From the NCBI RefSeq assembly GCF_000400465.1, contig NW_008806275.1:549656-581655 (forward strand): a stretch of DNA of 32,000 nucleotides. The letters are read 5' to 3'. This document shows positions 11,676 through 22,760 of the stretch, piece after piece. The DNA comes from Wallemia ichthyophaga EXF-994 (Eukaryota > Fungi > Basidiomycota). How positions within the stretch are numbered: the first letter of the stretch is position 1; each line of letters begins with the position of its first letter. The notes under the pieces were generated by a model. It was given only the letters and a program-made list of their open reading frames with translations, did not search any database and was not told the origin of the DNA. Position numbers and translations under genes: made by a program.

Positions 11676-12680
11676 ATGTCAGCCTGGAAGAACGATATGT
11701 ATGCGCATCTTGGGGCTGCCTAATTCCTCTCACAAGGCAAATAGGTTTGATGAAGTCATCGATGAGGCAGAAATGGAAGAGATTAACAGACCTTTCGATA
11801 TTTATGCAGAGTAGCCACGTATATTATACATGTAACACTTCAACTTACGCTGTTATCTGCTGATTAGCCACGATCTCACCCTTCGCAACGACACAGATAG
11901 GGTAATAATTGATAATCCATGGACTAGAGCTCAGTTCGGACGTGGCTCGCGCATAATAAGTAGAGTCGCTTTCCCACTCACGTTTAGCACGGCTGACATG
12001 TCGTTGTCTTTAATAGAAGTTATAGTCAAGTCTGACGTAATGGATGAGGGCGAAGATGCTGATAACAAACACTTGAAGAATTGGAATGGAACTGATCATA
12101 TCGAATCATTCACTACCAATAAGGATGATGTGCTTTTTCGATCTCCATTCAACACCTCCCTAACACTCTTGCACAGCTCGTCGAAACTAAACTCTGTCCA
12201 CTTCGAACAGCAAAAGCGAAGCAGCTGACCATTCAGCAATCATTCGCCCGCCAGCTTCCGAAGCATGAAAAACCTAAAGACTCAATCAGACTCTGGATAG
12301 ACGACAAGCCGGCGATAGAAGAGGTCGTATTCAAGAAACCAACATTACCCAACGCCAAATCCCAAACTAAAAGGTCTGACGCTAAGAATATGCTGCAACT
12401 CACTAATACATCACCTGTGCCAAACAAAAGGCGCAAATTAAACCCTATCTGGACAACATTTATCAAGACACCCAAGATTGAGGCTGTCAAGACTGCCAAG
12501 CCGTTCAATTCATCACCATACAAATGGGTCAAGCCTTCTGATTCAGTGGTCGTGACTGCAGATAAGAAGATGACGATGTTTGAGCCGACTAACCTTAAGC
12601 TGCACAAGAAGGAGGTTGATAATGCTGGTGGTACGACAAGTGCGTGGTGCAACGCTTCATTTATAGATGATAATGCGTAG
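11676..12680 (+). CDS. Hypothetical protein, 5 exons, about 265 aa
   Basis: Exons 11676-11698, 11745-11810, 11868-11959, 12017-12129 and 12177-12680 join in one frame (798 nt) across four GT-AG introns of 46-57 nt, most with branch-like motifs. I recognise no family. Confidence 0.6.
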
Positions 12681-12832
12681 TAAGTTGCAGGAAGCGGGAA
12701 GCAAGGGTAAGACTTTCGCAAAGCTGTTAATATGATCTTTTCAACACATTTATCCTTCTTGTGAAATCGTTTATCGTTAAATAATCATGAATATTCAGCA
12801 CACACATCTTTTACCTGTGCAATCGACTCATT

Positions 12833-13678
12833 ATGCCGCGAATCGAAGAAGAGGTAGACGAGAGTAAGAAAGTAGAGTTTGATGATGATTTTGACATGCC
12901 ATTGAATGCACTGGGAGGTCAAGGGAATCAAGGAGCATTGCTCGAGCATGTTGATGAGGCACAGCAACCAGCACAACAACCATCACAACCTCCAGCATCT
13001 ACGAGCACATCTACAAGTGCACCACCGCCACCTTCCTCATTCCCAGGTATGCCCGGCATGCCTGGACTTCCATCCCAATTCATGGAGGAGGAGCGTATAC
13101 CCTTGCCCGTAATAATAGACTCGAAATCCAAACCACGCATGAGACCTATCCATGATGAAATGGAGCTGGATGAATACAAGAACTGGATAACACTCTACCC
13201 GGTTTACTTTGACGCTAAAGCCAATCAATCACAACGGAAGCTACCACGTAACAAGTGTGTGTGGTGGCCACTTGCGAACGATCTCGCAGAGTGTACGGGT
13301 AATCTCGGCTACAGGACGTTATTCGAGCCCACCAAAACACATCCAAGCGATTGGGAGAATCCAGGTAGAATCAAGATCGAGTTAGAGCACAGTGGTCATA
13401 AAGAGAAGACGAGAGTAATTAGCGAGATCGGCGAAGAACTCAAGGATAAGTTGAGGGATGACACTGTTATACAGAAACGCACTCATAAGCTGCCTTCTGC
13501 ACCTAAGAATGTCACGCTGAGGAGACCGGCTTGGTCGCCTGCTAAACCTGTAGGCATGTATCCAAAGACGGCCAATGAACAGCCACCTCCAGAACCTATT
13601 AAACCTGGAACCAAGCCAGATGAGGCACCTAAAAAGGAGAAAAAACCAAAGATTAAGCGCAAAGTTATACGTGCATAG
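12833..13678 (+). CDS. SEC65: Signal recognition particle subunit SRP19/Sec65
   Basis: WITLYPVYFDAK...RK...WWPLA...L.Y.T.FEP.KTHPSDWENPGRIKIEL, with the fungal PRIEE...DDDFDMPL N-terminus and a Lys-rich C-terminus. Confidence 0.92.
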   Translation: MPRIEEEVDESKKVEFDDDFDMPLNALGGQGNQGALLEHVDEAQQPAQQPSQPPASTSTSTSAPPPPSSFPGMPGMPGLPSQFMEEERIPLPVIIDSKSKPRMRPIHDEMELDEYKNWITLYPVYFDAKANQSQRKLPRNKCVWWPLANDLAECTGNLGYRTLFEPTKTHPSDWENPGRIKIELEHSGHKEKTRVISEIGEELKDKLRDDTVIQKRTHKLPSAPKNVTLRRPAWSPAKPVGMYPKTANEQPPPEPIKPGTKPDEAPKKEKKPKIKRKVIRA

Positions 13679-13745
13679 TAGTAAGATTCTAAATATGAAA
13701 TAAATGTACAATTACACAAAACATGCGTTGTAATCTGTTAATCAG

Positions 13746-14471
13746 CTAATCAGCTAAACGTCTGCCACCACCCCAGTTGTGTGTTTGCGATCTTGATTGA
13801 GTTGGATTGATGGCGGTTCCAAAACCAGTGTGACGCTCTCTGCTTTCAGAAGAGATCCACCACTTTTCAAACCATTGTGGGGGTGTGGTAAGCGTGTTTC
13901 TGATTAATGCAGGTACTGGTGAAGGGAAAATAGACAGCGTATGCCTGAAATGAGCTGCTATGATGCCCATTAAACCAAAAAGAACAATAACTGGACCGCC
14001 AATCAACAAATCTATGGCTAGTATAACGTAAGGATAAGCGTAGTTGGGTATACTAACCAATCCGAACAGACTAACATGAGAATTTGGAGAGAGTATTGAT
14101 TGAGTGTAGACGACGGAGAGGAAGAATGATCTAAACAGACTGAAAGCGTTGATAGGGTAGTTAAGTAGGAGTATAAATAAGGCGTCTATGATTCTACTCC
14201 ACGCGTATCCGGCGCCGGCTCTACCCATGCCGCTGCCTTCCAAATCGGAAGACGTTTTGAATAGAATGAGTAGATCAAATAAGCCGCCAATAGAGCTTGG
14301 AAGAATGAAGAGAGAAGTGTACGCCCGCCAGAACTGAGGGATAACTAGTGAGGTATGCATACCGAGGTACGCTGGGACAAAGAATGACAAAATGGTAATT
14401 GAGATTGAAGATAGAGTAATAAACCTGGTTACCCTTGGGATTTTCTCAACTTCTCGCCAGATTTCATTCAT
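13746..14471 (-). CDS. DFM1: Derlin (Der1/Dfm1 family) ERAD membrane protein
   Basis: IPRVTRF start, QFWR motif, hydrophobic helices, YPYVILAIDLL and G..AAH. The C-terminal HNWGGGRRL is an SHP-box-like Cdc48-binding motif. Confidence 0.82.
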   Translation of the reverse strand: MNEIWREVEKIPRVTRFITLSSISITILSFFVPAYLGMHTSLVIPQFWRAYTSLFILPSSIGGLFDLLILFKTSSDLEGSGMGRAGAGYAWSRIIDALFILLLNYPINAFSLFRSFFLSVVYTQSILSPNSHVSLFGLVSIPNYAYPYVILAIDLLIGGPVIVLFGLMGIIAAHFRHTLSIFPSPVPALIRNTLTTPPQWFEKWWISSESRERHTGFGTAINPTQSRSQTHNWGGGRRLAD

Positions 14472-14538
14472 TTTGATGTTATCAAGTTGAGATCAAGTGA
14501 ACCACGTGTTGGACAAGGACCATCAGCCATCAGCTAAA

Positions 14539-15575
14539 ATGGAAAAGAGCAAGAAATTAAGTAGACCGCCTTCTCTAAGCGAGCTCGTTAGCCGGTGAGT
14601 GAATTGCACGCCGTTTTAGACTCGTTGCCTGTCCAGCGGTTCTGACTCAACATCAGGATAGACACGGACAAGATAAATCAAGTAAAGTTGCAACAGCAGC
14701 AGCGATTGTCTGATGAGAGGAGGTATGCTGCTCGAAAAATACTCACCCGACAAGAAAACACTGGAGTTGCGAGTGCGTCATCGACGCCTAATAAACATTC
14801 ACCTTCACTGGCGAAAATACAGTCGCGATTTGGTGTAAGTGAGGACATTCAAGACCATAAAGAGAAGAAAGATGATGTAGATTTACATCCACTCCAACAT
14901 TGCTGGACTTTATTTTACGATTCTAAAACATCAAATACTGCACCGACAAACAGCCCACAGCAGCTAGGTCACACTGATAAGGGTACGTATGAAGCTGGTT
15001 TGAATGTTATCCAGGACATGAAAACTGTTGAAGATTTCTGCAGAGTTTGGAATTGGTGTAAGCCACCATCAAAATTAGAAAGACACTCAAATTATCACCT
15101 CTTCAAAGACGGCATAAAGCCGCTATGGGAAGATCCGTCAAATTCAAATGGTGGGAAGTGGGTGATTATCGTTAGAAATAGTCATTGGCTGTTAGATAGA
15201 TGCTGGACATGGCTAGTGATGGGTTTGATTGGCGAGGAAATTGACGAGGATGACGATATTACCGGCGCTGTTGTCTCCACTCGTCCTCGCGGTGACAGAA
15301 TACAGATCTGGACGCGTATGACATCAGTTGATAAGTGTAACCAACTTGCTGAGAAGTTGATAAAGATGTTGGAAATTGATCAAGATAATAACAAAAACAT
15401 AAGCTTAGATTTTCAATTTAATCAGTCTAACCCACCACCAACTACAGAATTCATCAACATCACACCAACACAATCAAGCAATTCACCATCAACTACAACG
15501 ACGCAAAACTCGCCTGGTGGTTTCAAAATACCTCATACGCCTCATACGCCACAAGACAGATGGAGATCGCAATAA
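14539..15575 (+). CDS. eIF4E-family cap-binding protein, non-canonical (class II / 4EHP-like) paralog
   Basis: HPLQHCWTLFY, YHLFKDGIKPLWEDPSNSNGGKW and ITGAVVSTRPRGDRIQIW. Exon 1 (MEKSKKLSRPPSLSELVSR) is spliced to ORF 14688-15575. Confidence 0.88.
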
Positions 15576-15697
15576 TCTGCATTAAGGAGGATTATACCAA
15601 AATAATGTAACGAAATGAAAATTGTTCATTCAAAAAAAAAACTATAATAACAAATGATATTCAATGATATTCAATTAAAATAATCAATAAAAGACTT

Positions 15698-16729
15698 TTA
15701 AATCTTTAAACAGCTTGCGAATGAGGATGAAATATCGTGATGCTTTGTTTGCTTTGTTGAGGGTGAGATTTTAGAATTGATGAGTAGAGTGTTGATGAGA
15801 TTTGCAGAAACAGATTGATTGTACGAGGGAGGTTGATCGACGCAAGGTGAGTATGCAGGAGGTGGTGGTAAATCGTAGAAATTCTTCATATTAGTCTCAG
15901 GAATGAGAGTGGTGTAGACCGACATGAAGTTTGAGTTTATGGGCGGAGTAGCTGGGGTGTTGCCAAATAAGCCGAGGTCTTTGTTAGTATTAGCGAGTGG
16001 AATAGATGAGTTTGAAGTGGAGGCTGTGGAGGCTGCCGTGGATGATGCGGTTGATAAGTGATCGAATTTAGATTTCAACGATTGAATCTCTTTTCTGAGA
16101 TCGTTGGATTCGTTCTTAGAGTCCTTCAAGTCGTGATTAAGCTGCTCAATGAGATCATCCCTTGAATTCAACTGTGATTCTAATTGTTCAATGTAATCCT
16201 TTCTACGCAATCTGAAAGCTCTAGCAGATATTTTATTACGAAGCTGTCTCTTTTCTTTTGAAGAAAGCTTATTGTACTCTTGCGGACTGAGGTTTGCCTC
16301 TGCAGCAGCTGATGTAATGTTTACGTCCTTTTGTGTGCGCTTTCTTTTCGTGTTTCTGGTGGAATTAGATGAGGATATATTTGAAGGGGTGCTGTTTGTG
16401 TCTGAGTCAGCAGCATCATCGTTGTCGAGCTCGTTGTCGTGCTCCTGGTCTTGATTGTTTGGCATTTGGTTGACAGGGATAGGGGGATCGAGCTCTTTCT
16501 CTTCCTTTATGGAAGTCAGTTCGTTGGTATTGATAGCCTCTACGTTAGCCTGTGAGGTGGATGCGATAGGTGGTGTAGCTGATGTTGTCGGCGTGGCTTC
16601 AGTTGTTGTCATGTCAAACGCAGCCAGTGGCTGTGGCTGGAATTGTGTGTGGAATATATCCAACCCAACGTCTAGCTTATAATCCTGGTCCAAATTCTCT
16701 AAATTCAAATAATTCTCTACTTCTGCCAT
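15698..16729 (-). CDS. bZIP transcription factor
   Basis: Basic region SSKEKRQLRNKISARAFRLRRKDYIEQLE followed by a heptad zipper (L..SQL..RDDLIEQL..DL..SK.E..DL..EI..L). Confidence 0.9.
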   Translation of the reverse strand: MAEVENYLNLENLDQDYKLDVGLDIFHTQFQPQPLAAFDMTTTEATPTTSATPPIASTSQANVEAINTNELTSIKEEKELDPPIPVNQMPNNQDQEHDNELDNDDAADSDTNSTPSNISSSNSTRNTKRKRTQKDVNITSAAAEANLSPQEYNKLSSKEKRQLRNKISARAFRLRRKDYIEQLESQLNSRDDLIEQLNHDLKDSKNESNDLRKEIQSLKSKFDHLSTASSTAASTASTSNSSIPLANTNKDLGLFGNTPATPPINSNFMSVYTTLIPETNMKNFYDLPPPPAYSPCVDQPPSYNQSVSANLINTLLINSKISPSTKQTKHHDISSSFASCLKI

Positions 16730-16897
16730 CGCTGTTTATGTCAAGGGTGTCGCTGAGTGCCCGAATCTGTAGGCAGGTGATGTGATGTACGAAAATGGAT
16801 AAATATATCTGAGATTGCTATATTAGTCTATGTATATTTCTATGTATTTGTATTCGTTCGCCACCATTCTAGCACCGTCCACTCAAACAATCATCAT

Positions 16898-17259
16898 ATG
16901 TTCTGTTTGGTGGGATTCTTGTTTGGTGTACACAAATACATTTCTAACGTCATCTACAGCGATGGTGGCTCCTCTTGTTCCTCCTCCCTTTCCCTTCAGC
17001 CCCGACGTTAATCCTTAGCCTGTTCATGCTCAGTTACCTATTATACCAGAAACCGTGTCCTTATTGCTTTGTATTGCTCCTTTGTCTATTTGGCTCCACG
17101 TGCCATTGGAATACACGCAGCAGCCAGCACACGGACGCCGTCGACACAATACACGATATCAAGCCATGCTGGTTCAGAAACTCAGCTCCCTCTGCGACGC
17201 ATAAAGCCTATCAATTCGATCTACGTGGTATAGGTTCTCAACTGATTATAGAAATCTAA
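16898..17259 (+). CDS. BLCAP/Bc10-family small membrane protein, 103 aa
   Basis: Exon 1 ATGTTCTGTTTG (16898-16909), intron 16910-16959 (GTGGGA...CTAAC...CTACAG), exon 2. The product is MFCLRWWLLLFLLPFPSAPTLILSLFMLSYLLYQKPCPYCFVLLLCLFGSTCHW. It matches the Bc10 pattern M.CL.W.LP.LL.P...KPC..C recalled from human BLCAP and fungal homologs. Confidence 0.8.
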
Positions 17260-17293
17260 TACATAATTTATTCCTTCTATTCCTCTATCTCCT

Positions 17294-18647
17294 TCACTTG
17301 AGCTTGACATAGCCTCTCTTAGCTGCTGTTTGAAACTCATCTAATCTCACTGTCTGAGCGAACTCATCTAACACTGAGCGCGCAAATACTACCACATGCG
17401 GCCACCACTCGTGTGCGAATCCTCCTTCGAGCAATGGCCACGCGAAGCCACCACCTGCGTGTCCTCCAATACCCAGCACGCTATCTGGATCGAGCGATTC
17501 GCTGGGTGTGTCTTTATCTCCCATTTTCACCCTACGTATGCTATCGCATTTCACGCCTAACGACGCTGCTCTATCGCGATCATACCTCATCTCCTCGCTG
17601 TCCTCAGGGCTCTCGCCTTCATTCCCACTTGCACTTGCACTCTCACTGCCGCCGAGATACCCACCCACTGCGCGCGCCCACGTCCTTGGGAACTTGAGCT
17701 TGAGTGAGGTGCTCGGAAATTTATCTATAGCCTTATCGAGAATCTCCTTTGCCTTTTCCTTGCGTTTGTGATTCTCTATGCTTTTGGCGAGGAGCTGCGT
17801 CGCCAGTTCCGCCATGGTGTCACCGCCCGTCCGCTGCAGCTTGATAGACTTGTGGAAGAGCTGCGTGGCGTCGATAGTAGCAATTTGGAAGAGCACAAGA
17901 GCGTACACCAGCAGTGCGAGCCCCTGCATATGCGCGAGCAGCTGTGGCGGCAGGCTGTGAGGGTGACATTGAGTTTGGGTGTCGGGGTCGGCAAGCGCAT
18001 CCCACTTGGAGCGCGCAAACTTAGCAAGCGGTTCGAGGCTGTGCCAGTTCTGTATGTTCGGCACACTGCTGCGGTCTTCGCACCAGAACCCGTACACATA
18101 CATCAGCACGGCATCGACAAGTTCGCAGCTGGCGAGTATTTTCAGAGTGTGGCTCGATCCACTCGAGTTTCCGCTAGCGCTGGCATTAGCAGTTGCACTC
18201 CCACTCCCACTCTCGCTCGCCGCCTTCGATGCCTGCTGATAGTGGCGATCGCCGAGGTGCTTCATATTCCGTCCGCGGTCTTTATATCTGCGATGCGCTG
18301 TGAGCACTGGAATTACAGACAGCACTACACCCACAATATCGACGTATCTTTGTAGTCTTGCGTGCTCCAGTTGCGACGTGCACTGCTCACTTCTATCCGC
18401 GGCGTCGAGGCTGAGCTGGCAAACGAGTTGTTGGATGATTTGGGAGTATCTTGCGTGATATGCGTGCTTGTATGTCCTAATCGCCGCGTCTTCACTGGTC
18501 GATACGCATCAGTTATCCTCGCTGGTAGCATTGCAGGCAATGTCTCTATCAGCTGCGCACGGTAAGTCGTAGGCTATCAACTATCCCACTCCCGCTCACC
18601 TCCATACACCGCTTAGCTGTCTCTCTCTCCCCATTTCTATTTGTCAT
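17294..18647 (-). CDS. Putative Ebp1/AFF4 C-terminal-homology (super elongation complex scaffold-like) helical protein, about 416 aa
   Basis: The model 18647-18600, 18552-18344, 18287-17294 is in frame (1251 nt). Motifs YKDRGRNMKHLGD, ELVDAVLMYVYGFW, W.SLEPLAKF...KW and WPL...HVVVFARSVLDEFA resemble fungal Ebp1_C-type domains. The family call is from memory and was not searched. Confidence 0.55.
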
Positions 18648-18776
18648 CGCAGGGCAGATGAACGCACTCAGTATCGAGTATCGTACTATCGTTATCAAAT
18701 CATGTAAAAACCGCAAAAAGGAAATAATGTATCAGGGTATTTTATGTTATATATTATACATTATAATATATTCAAA

Positions 18777-21700
18777 CTACTTGGTCTGGCTCAAACTCAT
18801 CGAGCTCGAGTTCCCATTGGCATTAGTCGAGCCTTTGAGTGCATTAACGCGGAGGGCATGTAAGGAGGACGTTGAGTTGACAGCTGGTATGCTTCCTATA
18901 CTGTTTGGTGTTATTGGCGTTAGTAAGCTAGGCGTCTGCGGTCTGCTCGGCTGCGGTGTCCTATTGTGAGCCATATGCGCCTTGATGAGGTGTCCAGCAG
19001 CTAAAGCGCCCATAAGTGATAGTTCGCCTGCCATCACTGACGCGCATATAATTCTTGCCAATCTCTGTGCATTCGCTCCTGGCTCTACTTGGTTCGCTCC
19101 CTTCACTCCCAGCAGCTCCAGCATTGCACTCTGCGGTGACAGGACAGTACCACCGCCGACTGTACCTACTTCTATAGATGGCATCGAGCAACTTATAAGT
19201 AAGTCCTTGTCATCATTAATGCTGTAGCTAGTCAGCTATATTCGCACTTTCTCTCCCTCTCGTACTCACCCCTCCATCAATGTTATGCAATTGCTCGACT
19301 CCACATTCTGCGCAGGATCCTGGCCTGTCGCTAGATATACAGCAGTGAGTATATTCGCCGCATGTGCATTAAATCCCCCAATACTCCCCGCCATAGCTGA
19401 ACCGACGAGATTCTTTTTATAATTGAGTCTAACGAGATCTTTGACTGTAGATTTGAGTACATTCTTGACTACATCACCAGGGATAACACACTCCGCGACA
19501 ACCGACTTGCCTCTACCTTCGATCCAGTTGATAGCAGCTGGTTTCTTATCCGTGCAGTAGTTACCGCTAAGGGCGAGTGTCTCCATCGATGGGAAGTGTT
19601 CCGACTTGAGAGCCGAGAGGGCTTTCTCGACTCCCTTGCTGATCATATTCATCCCCATAGCGTCACCTGTAGTGGTATCAAAGCGAACATAAAGGGTGCG
19701 ACCAGCAAGTGTGCACTTAAGTTTCTGCAGCTTAGCGAAACGTGAAGTCTGATTAAAGTTATTCATCATATACAGTGCTCCTTCAGCGCTGTCGATGAAC
19801 CGTTTGCACAAGCTAGCGTCAATGACGGAGGGGAATTCGAGGGCGGGGCCGCGTGTCATACCGTCACGCGTGAGAACCGTAGTAGCACCCCCACCAGCGT
19901 TGATCGCCTTGCAGCCACGTGAGGTCGACGCTACGAGAGTACCCTCTGTCGTTGCCATTGGAATTGGCGTTAGGTCCCCGTCGATCTGCAATGGTCCGGC
20001 TATACCGACTGGGATGGGCATGTATCCTATCACATTTTCGCAACACGCTCCCATCACTTGTTTATAGTCGAATCCGCGCATTGGCAGCTTGGAGTGCTCG
20101 AGGGTGGCAGTGGTGGATTGGCGTGATATTACTGCTCGACGGATTTTCACCGCTCGCTCGAAATCTCCTAACATTTTCTCGAGCGCGTACATCGGGATTT
20201 TAGCTTGCTGTACTAACATTACGTATTCTTCATCACTAAACTCTGTCGCTGGGTTCACGGAGCCGGGAGATTCTTTAGATTTAGCGAGTAGTCCAACACA
20301 CTCCTCTGCACTCCTACGTCCAAAGTGCGGCTCGTGGGCTGGTGTGACGCTTTCCACTTTAGGATGACCAGTGTGGCCAGCATCGTTGATTAACAGTGGC
20401 CGCTCTATTTCGTTCACTGAAGGAAGAGCTGGTGGGACGGATGGTAAGCTGTGTACTTTATCAGCTGTCTCCTTCATTTTCTGCATGTGATATGATTTCA
20501 GTTTTAGTGAATCTTGATCGTCGGTGGGGTTCAAATGGCGCCTAGCTGCTATCGAGCCCTTGTTGTCAATCTGAACTGTATAAGAGCCACTTCCACCGCC
20601 TAATCCTTTAAGGAGGTATCCATTAAGGAAGATGGAGGAGCCTAGGATGAGCACTATCCACTTTGACATGACAGGATCTCCAACTAGGTGCGTCCATCCG
20701 CTCATAAAGTCCTCCAGCACAGCTAAAGAGGCCACCTTGGTGTGATTGGTGCTGTGGGTATTCTCGAGAAATGCTGTTGCGCGACTGAAAGCACCATCAC
20801 CAAAGACCGAACCTTTATCGGAAGAGTCACTCATGAACCTCTTTAAAGAAGTCTGAGATGATAGTGTAGTGAGGAGATTGAGTGAGTGGAGGATGAGGAA
20901 TGAAGACAGCAAAAGCACTTTGAGTTTGGTGAGGGGATTGCTAACTTTTGAGTCACTAGTGTAAATGGTGTTCTGTGTGCCGCGCAGCAACTTGATACGG
21001 TGCACCTCAACCATTACTGTCAAAATTGGCGAAAGGAATCCAAACAAGAAAAGACAGTCAAAGGCTATACTGTAGGCGGAGAGGATGCAAAACTCTTTCA
21101 AACCAGCAGCACCAGATGCAGCGCCTAAAATCAAAACTGCAATTTCAAGTGCAGTGTCGCGTACTATTCTAGGACCAACTTTGCGATTCGCGCGGTGGAC
21201 AATATCTGCGGCGGGAACAGGTGTAGCTAGCTTGACTTGGTTGTGTTGTTGAGAGTCAGAGGGGTGCTCGACTGGAGTGCCAAGGGTAAAGTAGTCACCT
21301 TCTTTGGGGTGGAAGACAGGGGGAGCGAGGTCGTGAGATGAGAAGACAGCGCGTGCGAGAGAGATAGGTTTGTCGAAGCCGATAGTGATGACTAGAAATG
21401 GAAGAGCCTCGAGTAAGTTGATTGGGTCAACTCTTACATTTGAGTAGTAGGCGACAAGACCTGCGCATACGAAAGAGAAGACTGAAGAGACAATAACTGA
21501 AGTGCCTGTGGGGGAAATATTTAGCGGTGGAGGATGAGCTTTGGAGGATACGGACCCAACCAGAACTTGGAGCCCAATTTCTTCATTTCGACGAACAAAT
21601 GGACGAAAGTACCGTGCATGAGGATGTAGCCGATGAGGACGATCATGATATCAACGCTATCAGCGGTCTAATAGCCGCGTTAGGTGGGGTAAACAAAGAG

Positions 21701-21966
21701 AAGACACTGACCTTGGCCAGCGACCAAGTTCTGCCGCCGAAAGCTCTCAAAGCGACAGCCCACCACCAGTCATGTTTGCTGTCAATATCGAATTGATCAG
21801 CAGTGGCGAAACCTTCGTGTCTAACAGCGTGTGCTAGTTTGAAGTAAGCGAGGGTGACGCTGACAAAGGCAAAAAGAATAGATTCTATTGGATGGGCTGT
21901 AGAGGACTTGGAGACTGCGTTGAAAAGAAACTTTAGTGGAACATTTATGGAAGAATTGAAAGGCAT
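18777..21966 (-). CDS. HMG1: 3-hydroxy-3-methylglutaryl-CoA reductase (class I, with sterol-sensing domain)
   Basis: N-terminal HPIE motif and SSD exons ([32 protein letters not shown]). Catalytic motifs [56 protein letters not shown] and GELS...HL..AHM.HNR. Three introns. Confidence 0.97.
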
Positions 21967-22193
21967 TGAAAGTGTGTGTTTAAGTGCGCAAGACGTTAAT
22001 GAATGCTAAGCAATGAGATATTTCTATAAAGACAGAAATATACGTTTTGTATGTTGAATACTATTAACTTTCAATATTCAAAATATTTCTTCGCCTTTGT
22101 TGAAGAGTCCCCAACGAAACGATTTGTTGATCAAAATCAGTTCATTATAAATTTATAAATCGAAATTTATAAAAATTAGTTTTTGAACAAAAT

Positions 22194-22640
22194 TTATATT
22201 TGGTCGGCAGATCTAACCTCTTTGCCTGTTTTGGCTATTCTAGCTTGCACATCTTGTAAGCTTGCTGATCCTGAGAGGGCGATGGGGATGAGAGATGAGA
22301 TATTGAGAGATGAACACGCTCACCGTTGACAAGGACAGTCTGAGCATTTAAATCCACTGAAAAGTCTTCAATTCCAGCGTTTGGATCCTCTTTTGCTTTG
22401 TTCAAGGCTCTAGTGATGGCACCAGAGCAGCCACCGCAGCTGGAATAAGCTTAGATGAGCCACCCCTACAGATCTCTGATAAAACTCACGACATTGCAAC
22501 GTTAAACTGAGATTAAGAGATTAGAGATGAGACAGGTACGACGTGGACGATGACGAACCTTGTACTGAGGAGGGAAATGAGAGTGTAAGCGTATGCGCTT
22601 TGCGTATCGTATATTGCAAAATGCCGCTTACGTTTGCCAT
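22194..22640 (-). CDS. ATX1: Copper metallochaperone Atx1 (HMA domain), 5 exons, 74 aa
   Basis: Exons 22640-22632, 22564-22559, 22506-22490, 22439-22324 and 22270-22194 total 225 nt. The product is MANYKFNVAMSCGGCSGAITRALNKAKEDPNAGIEDFSVDLNAQTVLVNGSASLQDVQARIAKTGKEVRSADQI, with MxCxxC and KTGK motifs. All introns are GT-AG. Confidence 0.93.
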
Positions 22641-22760
22641 ATCTGGAATATACTCTTAATTCAAATGACGGTAAAGGTTAAACGCTGTAAAATAAGAATC
22701 AATCCAGTTTAAACCCAATTTAAACCAATTTTACAAATTAATTTAATTGATAAACTAAAT

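Noticed and set aside
17768-18355. 195-aa + strand ORF, plus similar antisense ORFs such as 12233-12721, 24229-24672 and 1526-1885
   Set aside because: They lie opposite well-supported genes, have no recognisable motif, and are expected as shadow ORFs in GC-richer coding DNA.
22260-22620. GATGA/CTGA-rich stretch resembling box C/D snoRNAs
   Set aside because: It is fully explained by the reverse complement of the pyrimidine-rich ATX1 introns and exons, and there is no proper C/D box pair with terminal stem.
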